Source of the DNA: a virus
Lineage: Duplodnaviria > Caudoviricetes
Reading direction: 5' to 3' (one strand)
IMG/VR virus record: IMGVR_UViG_3300043086_000064
Span: 1 to 64,000 of that record
Length of the DNA stretch: 64,000 nt
This document shows, piece after piece, positions 28,313 through 39,578 of the stretch (position 1 is its first letter; every line of letters starts with the position of its first letter). The notes below the pieces were generated by a model. The model ran no database searches. It worked only from the letters and a program-made list of their open reading frames with translations, and was not told the DNA's origin. A program made the position numbers and the translations under genes.

Positions 28313-31300
28313 ATGGCACTAAGAATAAAAGAGACTTTACAAGGTCGTGTTTCTAATGCTGATGTGGCAGATAAACTGTCGCAAGGAAAAGGCTCTGCTT
28401 CTCAGCCTGTTTACGTTGATAGCACTGGTACGGTTCAACCTATTACCGGTGTTATCAGCAATACGGCAGCGGCGGCCCAAAAGACAACAGGGACATTGAC
28501 TCTTAAAACAAAAGGAGAAACTGATTCTTCTACCGCTGAAAAAGTGGTTTTTAACGGCTCATCTGATGTTGCAGCCACTATTACTTATAGTGATGTAGGA
28601 GCGTCTCCTGCAAGTCACAACCATGATGGAACGTATTTTAGAACTGATAGTAATGTAGAAATTAAAAATAATCAAACCAGATGGAGTGGAGGAAGAAAAT
28701 GGAATGAAACACCTCTTCATTTTAAAGATTCTTCTAATGGAACAACTCTTTCAGAAGGTGGTTATCACCCTTTAATAGGACTTTCTTCACTTGACGGAAG
28801 TGTTGTAAACTTCGGTGGATATAAAAATGATGTTGGTTTCTATGGATACACAGCCACTTCAGACCCTGATGTTAATATTTACACATGGAAATTTACAGCA
28901 GATGCAAGTTCTGGAGATATTTCAAGCAGTAACAGAATTTCCGCTCCAGTGTTTGAAGGATTAGCAACAAGGTCTAATGGTTTATATACAGGAACTACGA
29001 ACAAAAATGCTACTGCAATCAATGCGGGAACCGCTAAGCTGCCGACATATTTCAACAATGGTGTTCCGGTAGCAACAGATGAAACATTAGATGTTAGTGT
29101 TACTGGTAATGCGGACACTGCTTCTAAATTCCTTAACAGCGTAAATATTGCGATTGAAGGAAGCGTAACAGGTTCCGCAGAGTTTGATGGTTCTAAAGAC
29201 ATTAAGATTACAACAGATACAACACATAACCATGATGACCTATATGTTTTAAAAGCTGGTGGTAGTGAAGTTTATGGAACCACAACTTTCATGGAAATTT
29301 TAAAATTGGGTTCTCATTCTACAAGCCAAGTCAACGTCAAAGGTTCAGGAAAAATTTTGGTTAATGATGTTCGTTCTGCTACAATCGTACCAACAGATAT
29401 AGCAAATGGTGTTAACTATTTCTTCTCTAGTACAGATATGCCAACAAATAATTTTTATGGTTTAATGCACATGTCTGGTTGGAGCGGTTCGAATTACCTT
29501 TCCTGGCAGCTAGCAGGCCCCGCAAATAATGGTTCAAGTGGGGATTTGTATTATAGAGATGGAAAAGGTTCTGGTTGGAATGACTGGAGAAAAGTTTTAG
29601 ACGCTGGCAACTACAATAGCTATGCACCTACTCTTGACGGAAAAAACGCCAAGGGAACATGGGGTATCAGCATCAGCGGCAACGCCGCCACATCTTCTGT
29701 ATCTGATTCATTATCAGAAGACATTAGTATTGCTCTTGACGGAAACGTTAAAGGAACAGTAGGAGCAATCAATTCTGGAAGTAACGCTGTCATCGACGCG
29801 AATATGCAGTGGGTTGTATATGATGAGGGGGGTGATAGTGGAGGAAACTCCAATCCCATAGACCCTGATACTCCTGTCACATATAGTGATAAACTGATGA
29901 AGGGCTCTATGCTCAACATGGCAATCCCAAATGCTGTAACAGCAATAGCGTTTACAAGCACTGTTCCTTCTGATTATACTGACAATAATTTTATTGACTT
30001 ATCTGAAGCTCAAGATTATGGTGTTGTTGGTTGGTTAGATGGAACGACATTTAAAATTGCTCAAAGAAAAGGTAATAAGATTTACGCAAATGAAGATATG
30101 AGTTTGATGTGCTATAATAAACCTATCACATCTTTCACTCTTAGCTCAACAGGCCTATTAGTTATGACAAATACTACTAGCGTTAAGCAAATGTTTGCGG
30201 GAACCGCGTTGGCGTCTTTTGACTTTAACCTTTTCAATTTGACAGAATCTACTTCTAAAATTTATAATTATGAGAGTATGTTTGAAGGCTGTACCAAGCT
30301 GAAAACTGTTACTTTTAGATATAATTTCTTAAAGAGTACCGCATATAAAGATGGAAGTTATTATGCGATAAATTTAAAGAATATGTTTAAAACATGTTCT
30401 CTCTTGACTACTTTAACAAACTTTAAAACATATTTTATTTTAAACTCAACTTTAGCAACCACAACAACACTTGACACCTCTGGAATGTTCTACTCTTGTT
30501 CTTCTTTAAAGAGCATTGATTTTTCAAGTGTTTCAACTGTATCTATGATTACAGATATGAGTGATATGTTTAATGGTTGTAGCTCTTTAAGACGAATTTT
30601 CTCTGACAATGATATTGAAGAAACAACTTTAGATAATGTTTACAAAGCTAACACATTCTTAAATTGTACTGCTTTAAGAGGAAATGATTGTCCATATAGC
30701 ACACAGCACACATCTGGAAGTTACTTGTGTCAAACAGGATATGTTACAAAACAAACTTATAAGGTTTATCTGTTCGCCGATTCGGATTTAGATGTGACAG
30801 GTATGGACCTGACAACCAAATCTCTTTGGTTGGACCAATCTTCATTCTTAAGCGACACCTCTGTTACCGCTTCTATCAGCTTACCAACAACTAAAACTGG
30901 ACAAATTTGGACGGTTTCAAATCTTGAGCTAGATGGCTTAGAAGCTACTGGTAATGCTAGTACTGGTGTTTGGAAATTATATTTCTATTTAGATAAAGAT
31001 ATTAACGATGCTACTGTTCACCTTGAAGCAAAAGAAACGAGTGGCGATTCGGGTAGTACAGAAGGCGGCGGAGGAAGTTCCGCAGTCATTAACACTTATA
31101 TCGATGAGAGTAAGATTAGCCAGGTTGTTGGAACAGATATAACTTCTGTTGTTTTTACTGATACATATGATACAAGTGCAACAGGAGCAACAGATGTTTC
31201 TGATGATAATGATGGTACAGCTTATGCTTGGACTAGTGGAACGACTGTTTATATTGCTCCAGTTAATAGCTCATATAGGTTAAAAGCAAAATCTTTGTTT

Positions 31301-34300
31301 GATGAAGTTTTCTCTTACAAAACTTCTCTTACATCAGTTGATTTTGGCTCTCTTGACACTTCTGAAGTTACAAGCATGGCATTTTTATTTGAAGGTTGCT
31401 TAAGCCTTCAAACAGTTAAGATGGACAATTTTGATACCACAAATTTAACGAACATATATGGGATGTTCTTCTTTTGCTTAAATTTAACTACTCTTGACTT
31501 AAGTAGTTGGACTTTCTACAATATTGTAAATAACACAATGGCATTTGCTTATTGTAGTGCATTAACTACAATTTATGTAAAATCAGAAGTTTGGGTTACT
31601 CCTTCAAGTTATACAAGCACATTCCATAACTGTACTTCATTAGTATCTCCAACCAAGAGTTATGATGCAAATGACATTGAGGGTATCTATATGCGAACTG
31701 CAAATGGTTATTTAACTCCTAAAGATGGTAATACTGGCGGCAATGACGGTAGCGGCGATATTGAGTATGATACTGATGATGAGCCTTATGTTATGAGGAA
31801 TTTTGGTCTTGAGATGGTTTTTGGTCTTGTTGATGACGATTATGAGCTTCCAATCTCTGATATTGTAGGCACAGTTAACTATGTCAAATTTACAACATCT
31901 ATTTCAAATGAGGCTGCCACAATAGACTTTTCTGAAGCGCAAGACAATAGTGTTTTAGGTTGGCTAGAGACTGATACTGATAGTGTCACAACTCTTTATT
32001 TAGCACCGAGAGAGGGAAATATTATTAAAGCACCAAAAGATTGCTCCTATCTCTTTGCGCCTTTTGCTGAGACCCTTCGTGGCGTAGATTTTTCCTCTGG
32101 AATTTTCGATTCTTCTCAAACTTACTCGATGATGGGTTTGTTCTTTGGTTGTTCAAATTTAGAAGGTTTTTCTTTTAAAGGGTTAAATACTTCCAATGTT
32201 ACAAATTTCAGCTATATGTTCTTTTATGTCGGAGTTGGAGTTGATGCTCCAGACAATATTGTAATAGATTTTGAAGGTTTCTCAACTGGCACGGCAACTA
32301 CTTGGAATCAGTATATTATAGACCTTAATTCAAAAATAAGTGAAATAGATTTTGGTGAAGAGTCTGAAGAAAATATAAGTAATTATCTTGACATTTATTT
32401 TGTAAGAAAGAGAGAAACTTTAAACAATGGATATGACGGCTTAATTCTTTATGATGGAATGTTCATGTATTGCTTGGCAATCGAACTTAAAAATTTCAAT
32501 AATTTTACTATTCCTAAAGACTCTTCAATTCTTTATTCTTTTGGCTCTGCTTGGGGAGGAAACTTCGCAGACCAGATATTTGGAAGCGGAGACGGTTCTT
32601 TGGCGGGTGGTGGAACTTTTCTCTATGCCGCATTTTTATCCTCTATTGATTTAACAGGTATAGAAAGTTTGAAAAATGTTGTGGGAATGGCCTATTGTTT
32701 CTGTTATTGTTGGCGTTTAAGAACAATTTATGGTGCAGTTGATTTAGCCTCCACCGTTAACTACAACAATTTTTCTCGTGAAGAAGAATACGCTATTATT
32801 TTTCTAAGTTCTTATTTGCAAGGAGCAATTCTTTTCGACGAGGATAAAATGGATATTTCATATCTTTCTTTTGACGGATATTTAACCAACCCTAACGATA
32901 AAACTCCAGTATATATCTCTATGATACAATGTCAAAGTTTATTTGATGAGTATGTTAAAGAAATCATTTTCGTTGATGATATTCCGGCGGAGACAATTGC
33001 TGGAAATTACATAAAATCTGCTAATATTGCTGAAGATGGGGCGGGAAACGCTGTTGGCTGGACTGCTTATTATCCAGGAAGCACTACCTTTAAGTCTGTG
33101 TATTTTGCACCTTCCTCTAGAGCCTTTTATTTAAAAGCTCCTATGAGTATGTCAGGATTCTTTTACAAGAGCAGTTTATCTCTCCGCTTAGAAAAAATTG
33201 ATATGGGTCATCTTGACACTTCTGATACAACAAATTTTTCTAGGTTATTTTGTAGTTTATCCAATTTAATAGACCTTGATGTATCAAATTTAAATACATC
33301 AAAAGTTACAACGATAGAAAGTACTTTTTATGATTGTAAAAAACTAGAAACGTTAGACCTAACTAATTGGGATTTTTCATCGGTCGATACTGTTACAAGC
33401 GCTTTTGGAAGTTGTAGTTCATTAAAAACGATTTATGTTTCTTCTGATTTTTCAGCTCCTTCTTTGCCAACAACACAAAGTTCAGTATTCTATAATTGTA
33501 CAAATTTATCTTCACCAACAATGTCATACTCTTCTTCTTATACAAATTCTACATATTTCAGCATCACAAAAGGTTACTTAACTCCTGTGGACACCTCAGG
33601 GATTGCCGCCATTGGTGAGCATTCGCATGAAATTTCGTCGATGATAAATATGGTTGAAATGTATAATAATAAGGGAGAAAAATGGGATTCATTTATCAAT
33701 AACGAGAATGAGCTTCCTACAAAACTTATCTTCACAAAAACAATTCCACCAGAAGATGCTAATTGTTTTGACCTTTCAGCAAATTCAGACAAAAGTGTAC
33801 TGTGTTGGATTGTTAATGAAAATGAACAAAGATATATTTATGTTGCGGAGAAAAATGGTGGTATCATAGAAGCTCCAGAAGACATGGGTTATTTCTTTTC
33901 TGTGTTTGATGGAGTCGGTCTTTATAGCTCACCGTCTATAATCAGTATAGAAATCGAAGAAGAATCTCTTAACACTTCATCTGTAATAAACATGGGGGCA
34001 GCTTGTCAAAGTTTGTCAGAGTTAAAAGAATTTACCTTTAAAAACTTAGACACCTCTAGTGTTTGTAGCTTTATAGGAATGTTTTTAGCTTGTAACAATC
34101 TTGAAAAAATAGACTTTGAAAATTTCACTGTTGGAAATGGGTCATTGTATTCTTCCTATAAAGAAAAACTTGTTCCGAAAGGAACTGAGCGAGTTTACAC
34201 TATGGCATTAAATATCTTCAACTCAATAAATGATTTTTGTAGTGAAATATATACCGAGGAACAACTAATAGCTATATTTGGGCAGACCAAAGCATATACT

Positions 34301-35809
34301 GATGAACAGATAGAAGCGATGGCCAAAGAGGCAGTTGTTGAAGGTTTCTATCCATACTATTTAATTTCTGGCGATAAAACTTATTTACCAGAAACAATTC
34401 CTGACTATAATTTTATTCTTTTTGACGGAATGTTCTGCAACTGCACTAGCCTTACCGAACTAGTAAATGTAGAAAATTTTAAAATTGGCTCCAATACTTC
34501 TATAAGATATTCTCTTGGAAGTCCTTATGGACTTTATTATGCTGAAGATTGTTGTCTCGGTCTCTTTGAAGAGTGTTCTTCATTAAAAGAAATTAGCTTG
34601 CCTAATGTCGATTTCCGTTATGTCATTGGCTGCTATAATTTATTTAAAGGTTGCACAAGCCTAGAAAAAATTTATACAGACCATGACTGGTCACTCTCTT
34701 ATACCTATGAGCCTATTGGTTATACAGAATATGGAATATTGCCAGACACATTCCCTGGAGTAACAGAAGAGAATAACTATCCTGGCTACTTATCTTTTGA
34801 AGACCATTTGACAAGTATTTATCCATTCATGGTAAACCCTTTTTTGGCCGACTTGTCCGAAGATGTTATTAAAATCTTGTGGGGCGCAGTATCTATAACA
34901 TTTGCTTCCTCAATACCAACAGATAAAGATTTAATAGACCTCTCTCTTAATCAAGACGGCAGAGTAGTTGGATGGCTTTCCTCTGATGATGTTCTTACAA
35001 TTTGCACAAACGAAAAAAAGATTAAGGCTCCTCAAAATATGTTTTACTTTGGCTATCGATTCAACAGTCTTGAGTCAATAGACTTCTCTTCTGGTCTTTT
35101 TGACACCTCAGATACTTATAGCATGGCATTAGCTTTTTATGCTAGTGGGTTAACATCATTTTCTTTTGCAAAATTAGATACGAGAAATGTAACTGATTTT
35201 ACTCTTATGTTCCTTTCGTCCGTCTTCTTGGTTTCAGTAGATATTAAAGACATTGAAAGTCCTTCGGCTACAAGCTGGGATAGATATGTAAAATTCTTGA
35301 AAGAACTAGACGACGAAAATCATTCTAGGCATAGCTGGTCTTCTTTTCTTCCAGCTTATCGTGAAACTTTAAATGAGCATATCTCTGGCACAAAAGGGTA
35401 TGTCTTCTTTGATGGAATGTTTGCTGCATGTACGGAGCTAGAAAAAATAGTTGCATTTCCAATATATTACAATGAGAATGTTAAAATATCTTTAGGGTCT
35501 TCTGATGGACAGTCTAGATTTCCTAACCATAGTGGAGTATTTTGCAAGTGTTCCACTTTAACAACAGCAAATCTTAATGACTGGAACAGCTTTAAAAATG
35601 TTACTGGATATAATAAACTATTCCGACAATGCAAGACTTTAACAACAATTACAGCTACTGTTGACTTATATTCAACCTATGAGGGCGAACTTCCAACGGC
35701 CGTATTCTACGATTGCTCTGCTCTTGTCGGCAACGGAGCAGCATACTCCTCTTCCAAAGTTGATGGAGACGCTTTATCTTTCGATTATTACTTAACAAAG
35801 GTAACATGA
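28313..35809 (+). CDS. 2498-aa chimera: tail-fibre N-terminus fused to multiple DUF285/BspA-type LRR modules
   Basis: N-terminal fibre motifs (SASQPVY, IAIEGSVTGSAEFDGS, WNDWRKVLD); repeated DLSxxQDxxVxGW...APxD units followed by LDTSxVTxMxxxFxxCxxL repeats. Confidence 0.75.
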   Translation: MALRIKETLQGRVSNADVADKLSQGKGSASQPVYVDSTGTVQPITGVISNTAAAAQKTTGTLTLKTKGETDSSTAEKVVFNGSSDVAATITYSDVGASPASHNHDGTYFRTDSNVEIKNNQTRWSGGRKWNETPLHFKDSSNGTTLSEGGYHPLIGLSSLDGSVVNFGGYKNDVGFYGYTATSDPDVNIYTWKFTADASSGDISSSNRISAPVFEGLATRSNGLYTGTTNKNATAINAGTAKLPTYFNNGVPVATDETLDVSVTGNADTASKFLNSVNIAIEGSVTGSAEFDGSKDIKITTDTTHNHDDLYVLKAGGSEVYGTTTFMEILKLGSHSTSQVNVKGSGKILVNDVRSATIVPTDIANGVNYFFSSTDMPTNNFYGLMHMSGWSGSNYLSWQLAGPANNGSSGDLYYRDGKGSGWNDWRKVLDAGNYNSYAPTLDGKNAKGTWGISISGNAATSSVSDSLSEDISIALDGNVKGTVGAINSGSNAVIDANMQWVVYDEGGDSGGNSNPIDPDTPVTYSDKLMKGSMLNMAIPNAVTAIAFTSTVPSDYTDNNFIDLSEAQDYGVVGWLDGTTFKIAQRKGNKIYANEDMSLMCYNKPITSFTLSSTGLLVMTNTTSVKQMFAGTALASFDFNLFNLTESTSKIYNYESMFEGCTKLKTVTFRYNFLKSTAYKDGSYYAINLKNMFKTCSLLTTLTNFKTYFILNSTLATTTTLDTSGMFYSCSSLKSIDFSSVSTVSMITDMSDMFNGCSSLRRIFSDNDIEETTLDNVYKANTFLNCTALRGNDCPYSTQHTSGSYLCQTGYVTKQTYKVYLFADSDLDVTGMDLTTKSLWLDQSSFLSDTSVTASISLPTTKTGQIWTVSNLELDGLEATGNASTGVWKLYFYLDKDINDATVHLEAKETSGDSGSTEGGGGSSAVINTYIDESKISQVVGTDITSVVFTDTYDTSATGATDVSDDNDGTAYAWTSGTTVYIAPVNSSYRLKAKSLFDEVFSYKTSLTSVDFGSLDTSEVTSMAFLFEGCLSLQTVKMDNFDTTNLTNIYGMFFFCLNLTTLDLSSWTFYNIVNNTMAFAYCSALTTIYVKSEVWVTPSSYTSTFHNCTSLVSPTKSYDANDIEGIYMRTANGYLTPKDGNTGGNDGSGDIEYDTDDEPYVMRNFGLEMVFGLVDDDYELPISDIVGTVNYVKFTTSISNEAATIDFSEAQDNSVLGWLETDTDSVTTLYLAPREGNIIKAPKDCSYLFAPFAETLRGVDFSSGIFDSSQTYSMMGLFFGCSNLEGFSFKGLNTSNVTNFSYMFFYVGVGVDAPDNIVIDFEGFSTGTATTWNQYIIDLNSKISEIDFGEESEENISNYLDIYFVRKRETLNNGYDGLILYDGMFMYCLAIELKNFNNFTIPKDSSILYSFGSAWGGNFADQIFGSGDGSLAGGGTFLYAAFLSSIDLTGIESLKNVVGMAYCFCYCWRLRTIYGAVDLASTVNYNNFSREEEYAIIFLSSYLQGAILFDEDKMDISYLSFDGYLTNPNDKTPVYISMIQCQSLFDEYVKEIIFVDDIPAETIAGNYIKSANIAEDGAGNAVGWTAYYPGSTTFKSVYFAPSSRAFYLKAPMSMSGFFYKSSLSLRLEKIDMGHLDTSDTTNFSRLFCSLSNLIDLDVSNLNTSKVTTIESTFYDCKKLETLDLTNWDFSSVDTVTSAFGSCSSLKTIYVSSDFSAPSLPTTQSSVFYNCTNLSSPTMSYSSSYTNSTYFSITKGYLTPVDTSGIAAIGEHSHEISSMINMVEMYNNKGEKWDSFINNENELPTKLIFTKTIPPEDANCFDLSANSDKSVLCWIVNENEQRYIYVAEKNGGIIEAPEDMGYFFSVFDGVGLYSSPSIISIEIEEESLNTSSVINMGAACQSLSELKEFTFKNLDTSSVCSFIGMFLACNNLEKIDFENFTVGNGSLYSSYKEKLVPKGTERVYTMALNIFNSINDFCSEIYTEEQLIAIFGQTKAYTDEQIEAMAKEAVVEGFYPYYLISGDKTYLPETIPDYNFILFDGMFCNCTSLTELVNVENFKIGSNTSIRYSLGSPYGLYYAEDCCLGLFEECSSLKEISLPNVDFRYVIGCYNLFKGCTSLEKIYTDHDWSLSYTYEPIGYTEYGILPDTFPGVTEENNYPGYLSFEDHLTSIYPFMVNPFLADLSEDVIKILWGAVSITFASSIPTDKDLIDLSLNQDGRVVGWLSSDDVLTICTNEKKIKAPQNMFYFGYRFNSLESIDFSSGLFDTSDTYSMALAFYASGLTSFSFAKLDTRNVTDFTLMFLSSVFLVSVDIKDIESPSATSWDRYVKFLKELDDENHSRHSWSSFLPAYRETLNEHISGTKGYVFFDGMFAACTELEKIVAFPIYYNENVKISLGSSDGQSRFPNHSGVFCKCSTLTTANLNDWNSFKNVTGYNKLFRQCKTLTTITATVDLYSTYEGELPTAVFYDCSALVGNGAAYSSSKVDGDALSFDYYLTKVT

Positions 35810-35900
35810 CTCGTACTTTAATACAATTCTTTAAGAAGCAAAAGCGTAAAACTTTTGCTTCTTATTATTCATTTATTTATAGAACAAAAGGAGAAAAGAA

Positions 35901-37214
35901 ATGGCAAATTATAAAACTTTTTCACCTATTCTTACAACACAAACTAAACTTGACGATGGAGAAATTGCCATCAAAGAAGGTCAGTTGATTGTAACAAGAG
36001 ATGGGGGAGGTATTTATTACGATACCGCTTCAGATAGAGTCCTTGTTAGTAAAGATGACACAAAACTTGATGCCACATCTGGTGTTGCTTATTCTTCGCT
36101 AAGAGTAAAACCTAACATCATAAGCAGTCCATCTGGCAGCTTTTATCCTCTCTTTGCAGCTTCAACTGCAACTCACATTATTCCAACAGAAATAAGAAAT
36201 TCTTGCTCTTTTTATGAGGGAAGTAATACAAGTAACTTTATTCTAGGAAACAGTACCGCAACAACAGCAACCGCTGGGCGTAAAGGCCAGTTGGAAATAT
36301 ATGGAACAGGTACTGGTTCAACTAAAATTACTCCTGGAAACACAAGCTCTGATACGAATACTTTAACTCTGCCTGCAACAACGGGAACACTCGCAACACA
36401 AGAAACAATGGCGGCGACCTACTTGCCGCTTACTGGAGGAACCTTAAGTGGGAGCGTTATTGTGGGTGATGCAACAGCAACTACTGAATATCAGTTAGGC
36501 GCACAATCTACTGCGGGTAAAATTTATATATATTCAAATCCTTCTAGTGGTAATAGAGGTGTGTGGGATATTGGCATACAAGATTATCTTTTAAAAATAG
36601 ATTCATCTAACAATGTTCATTATCAGGGTGGTAGTTTTCACACTAATCTCTGGGTTGATGGAAATATTGCAAATGGTGGAACTTTAAACGTTGCGGGAAC
36701 CTCTTTACTGCAATACGGGTCGCACAATAAAACGAGCATGCCTGGAACCTCTGGCACTTGGGGATATGTAAACTTTATGCAAATCCAAGTAAATGGAACT
36801 TATTGCAATAAACCTATTGTCTTTAATGTTCATCAAAGAGGACGCCCAACACGTAGAATTGAAATGCGTTTTAAAAATACGCAAAATTCAACAGACCACA
36901 CTCTTGAACAATTTGATGAAATGAACCTGTGGGATAGTTGTGGCATCTACGCGACGCAATCTTCCGGTGTGGTAAATTTATATGCGAGCAAAAGTGAATC
37001 CTATGACACTATCAGCGTCAGTGATTTAGCTTACGACTGGGGGTATATGAATTTAACTATCAAATACCCAGGAACCTTAACAACTTCTACTGTTAGTGGT
37101 TGGTCAGAAGCAGCTTGTTGGAAGAAGAACAATATCCCAACAATCTATTACGGCACTTCAACACCAAGTTCAAGTACCGGTAAGAACGGTGACATCTACG
37201 TAGTTTACTCATAA
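35901..37214 (+). CDS. Tail fibre / receptor-binding protein, paralog A
   Basis: N-terminal ~175 aa homologous to 37248; YLPLTGGT; C-terminal YYGTSTPSSSTGKNGDIYVVYS. Confidence 0.7.
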   Translation: MANYKTFSPILTTQTKLDDGEIAIKEGQLIVTRDGGGIYYDTASDRVLVSKDDTKLDATSGVAYSSLRVKPNIISSPSGSFYPLFAASTATHIIPTEIRNSCSFYEGSNTSNFILGNSTATTATAGRKGQLEIYGTGTGSTKITPGNTSSDTNTLTLPATTGTLATQETMAATYLPLTGGTLSGSVIVGDATATTEYQLGAQSTAGKIYIYSNPSSGNRGVWDIGIQDYLLKIDSSNNVHYQGGSFHTNLWVDGNIANGGTLNVAGTSLLQYGSHNKTSMPGTSGTWGYVNFMQIQVNGTYCNKPIVFNVHQRGRPTRRIEMRFKNTQNSTDHTLEQFDEMNLWDSCGIYATQSSGVVNLYASKSESYDTISVSDLAYDWGYMNLTIKYPGTLTTSTVSGWSEAACWKKNNIPTIYYGTSTPSSSTGKNGDIYVVYS

Positions 37215-37247
37215 AATTCAATAAAAAGCAAGTGGGAGGTTTTTTAT

Positions 37248-38558
37248 ATGAAATACAAAACTTTTTCTCCTGTCTTAACCACAACAAGAGATATGGAAGA
37301 CGGCGTCGTACCTATTGTTGATGGGCAACTTGTTGTTGCAAAAGATGGTGGAGGAATTTTCTATGATGATGGGAGTAAAAGGACTCTTGTCAGTAATTCT
37401 GAATACTCTAATACCATTAACTCATTACAAATAAATGAAGATGGATTTTTCTATCCTCTCTTTACAAATGAAGATGGGGATTATATAACTCCTAAACAAT
37501 TAAGAGATGCTTGCACTCTTTTTAATAAAGACGATACAAGCACTCTTATATTAGGAGACAACAACCTTAGAAAAGGTCAATTACAAATATATGGAGCCAA
37601 TTCAGGCTCAACAAAAATTATTTCTACCAAAGAAGATTCAACCATAAACACTTTAAAATTGCCAATAACATCAGGAACCTTAACAACAGAGGAAGAGATG
37701 GCGGCGACCTACTTGCCGCTTACTGGTGGTGGCATCAATGGAAGCCTTTGGGTTAGAGATAATATCAGCACAAATGGAAATGTGTATATAGGCACTTCTA
37801 ATGGAACTACACAGTCTACTGTTGGTGTCAATTCTTCTGCGGGAGAGTTTGCTTTACACTCAAATCCGGCTAATGGTATGCGAGGAATTTGGGATTCTAG
37901 GTCTAGTAATTATTTGGCTTACTTTGACACAAGCAATAATCTTTATTATTCTGGAGGAACCTTTACTTCTAATCTTTATGTTGGAGATAAATATAAGTCA
38001 ACAGAATCAGATGTAGGCGTAAACTCAACTGTTGGTAGAATGTATATGTACTCAAATCCCGATTCAGGCTGGAGGGGTATTTGGGACGACACAATGAACA
38101 GTTACATTTTCAGGGTGAACGCAGGAGGCAATGTGAATTACGCAGGCGGTATCTTCCAAGGAGACATAGAGATTCCTTATAAAGCGTCCACTAGAGGCAG
38201 CGAAGCTCCGACAGTTCCCGTATCTATGGCTGTTACTATTGACTCAACGAACGACTTATCAACATATAAAACTGTATTAGGAACGGCCAATATAGGAGGC
38301 TCTTGGAATCATATAATTAGCACAAGACATAGAAATGGTGCCGGAGATGGTAGTAGTTATGGCCTATATATTAGAACTTTGGTAGACGGCAGCGATGGTT
38401 TAAGATGGCAAGCTCAAAGTGGAGGAGTCTGGAAAGGTGAAAAAAGGATTCTCGATTCTTCCAACTGGGGAGATTATGCTTCAAAAACTTATTATGGCAC
38501 TTCCGCTCCAAGCTCTAGTGTGGGAAAAAATGGAGATACTTATATAGTATATTCTTAA
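37248..38558 (+). CDS. Tail fibre / receptor-binding protein, paralog B
   Basis: Same N- and C-termini as 35901 with a divergent middle; internal SNP-x-x-G-x-RGIWD repeat present twice. Confidence 0.7.
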   Translation: MKYKTFSPVLTTTRDMEDGVVPIVDGQLVVAKDGGGIFYDDGSKRTLVSNSEYSNTINSLQINEDGFFYPLFTNEDGDYITPKQLRDACTLFNKDDTSTLILGDNNLRKGQLQIYGANSGSTKIISTKEDSTINTLKLPITSGTLTTEEEMAATYLPLTGGGINGSLWVRDNISTNGNVYIGTSNGTTQSTVGVNSSAGEFALHSNPANGMRGIWDSRSSNYLAYFDTSNNLYYSGGTFTSNLYVGDKYKSTESDVGVNSTVGRMYMYSNPDSGWRGIWDDTMNSYIFRVNAGGNVNYAGGIFQGDIEIPYKASTRGSEAPTVPVSMAVTIDSTNDLSTYKTVLGTANIGGSWNHIISTRHRNGAGDGSSYGLYIRTLVDGSDGLRWQAQSGGVWKGEKRILDSSNWGDYASKTYYGTSAPSSSVGKNGDTYIVYS

Positions 38559-38628
38559 TTAAATTCTTCTAATCTCTCTTAAAAGAAAGAGGTAATGCAA
38601 GTGGGTCAATCAAGAGAGATAAATAACT

Positions 38629-38650
38629 AAGGGGAGCTTCCGACCCCCTT
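38629..38650 (+). terminator. Possible terminator hairpin
   Basis: AAGGGG-AGCTTCCGAC-CCCCTT between tail genes. Confidence 0.4.
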
Positions 38651-38677
38651 GGCTCTCCTTTAGTCAAAGGAGAAGAT

Positions 38678-39508
38678 ATGGCTTATGGTTCAGTAACATG
38701 GACTGAAACAACAGTAGCTTCAGCAACAGGATATTCAATAATCGTAAAGCATGGCTACGCTCAGAATCCAAACACGAACAAATCTTACCGCTATGTGGCG
38801 TGGATGAAAGTATCCTCCATCAAAAGCGGATATTCAATGTACAATCAAACGGGCGGCGCCCAGGCCGGCATCCAAACGAGGAATAGTGTATTCGGCCCAG
38901 AATCTTGGAAATTCACAATTTCTAGTTTAGGCTCTGCGACCTATGACCCTGGAGACGCAAAATCTTCAGAATTTTCTCACGATGCCGACGGCAGCGCAAC
39001 TGACCCTCCTGGAGTTGGTTGGTATTTTAACCACGGCCTTTCAAGCGTATCAGGTTTTCCAAGTTACACCGTAACATCTTGGCAATATTTTACACCAACT
39101 ATGCCGACACTAAGCAGGTCCCGCCCCGCATGTAATGCAACTATAACTGACATAACAGGAACAACCTGTAAAATAAATTTTTCTGGCACGTGTAGCAGTT
39201 ATAATTCTCTTTCTGAATACTGTTATAGAATAAATAGCGGTAGTGATGTCTATACAACATCTACTTCTGTAACGGTAACGGGATTATCGCCAAACACCTC
39301 ATATACTATGCACACATGGGTAAAGGATAATTGGGGTTGGTGGTCACCAGATAAAACAATTTCTATTACAACAAAAGGAACTCCTTATGTAAAAGTTAAT
39401 GGAAGTTGGAAAAGAGGAACTGATACCTATATCAAAGTTTCAGGCTCTTGGAAAAAAGCTACGGCTGTTTATATAAAAGTAAATGGAGCTTGGAAACTTT
39501 CTAATTAA
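38678..39508 (+). CDS. Virion protein with fibronectin-III-like domain, paralog A
   Basis: SVTVTGLSPNTSYTMHTWVKD (FN3); C-terminal YVKVNGSWK repeats. Confidence 0.7.
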   Translation: MAYGSVTWTETTVASATGYSIIVKHGYAQNPNTNKSYRYVAWMKVSSIKSGYSMYNQTGGAQAGIQTRNSVFGPESWKFTISSLGSATYDPGDAKSSEFSHDADGSATDPPGVGWYFNHGLSSVSGFPSYTVTSWQYFTPTMPTLSRSRPACNATITDITGTTCKINFSGTCSSYNSLSEYCYRINSGSDVYTTSTSVTVTGLSPNTSYTMHTWVKDNWGWWSPDKTISITTKGTPYVKVNGSWKRGTDTYIKVSGSWKKATAVYIKVNGAWKLSN

Positions 39509-39578
39509 ACAAGGAGACCTCTAGCTTTTTTCTTCTCCTTGTTTCTTTTGTTTTAAAGAGAAAAGGAGAAAAAAAGAA

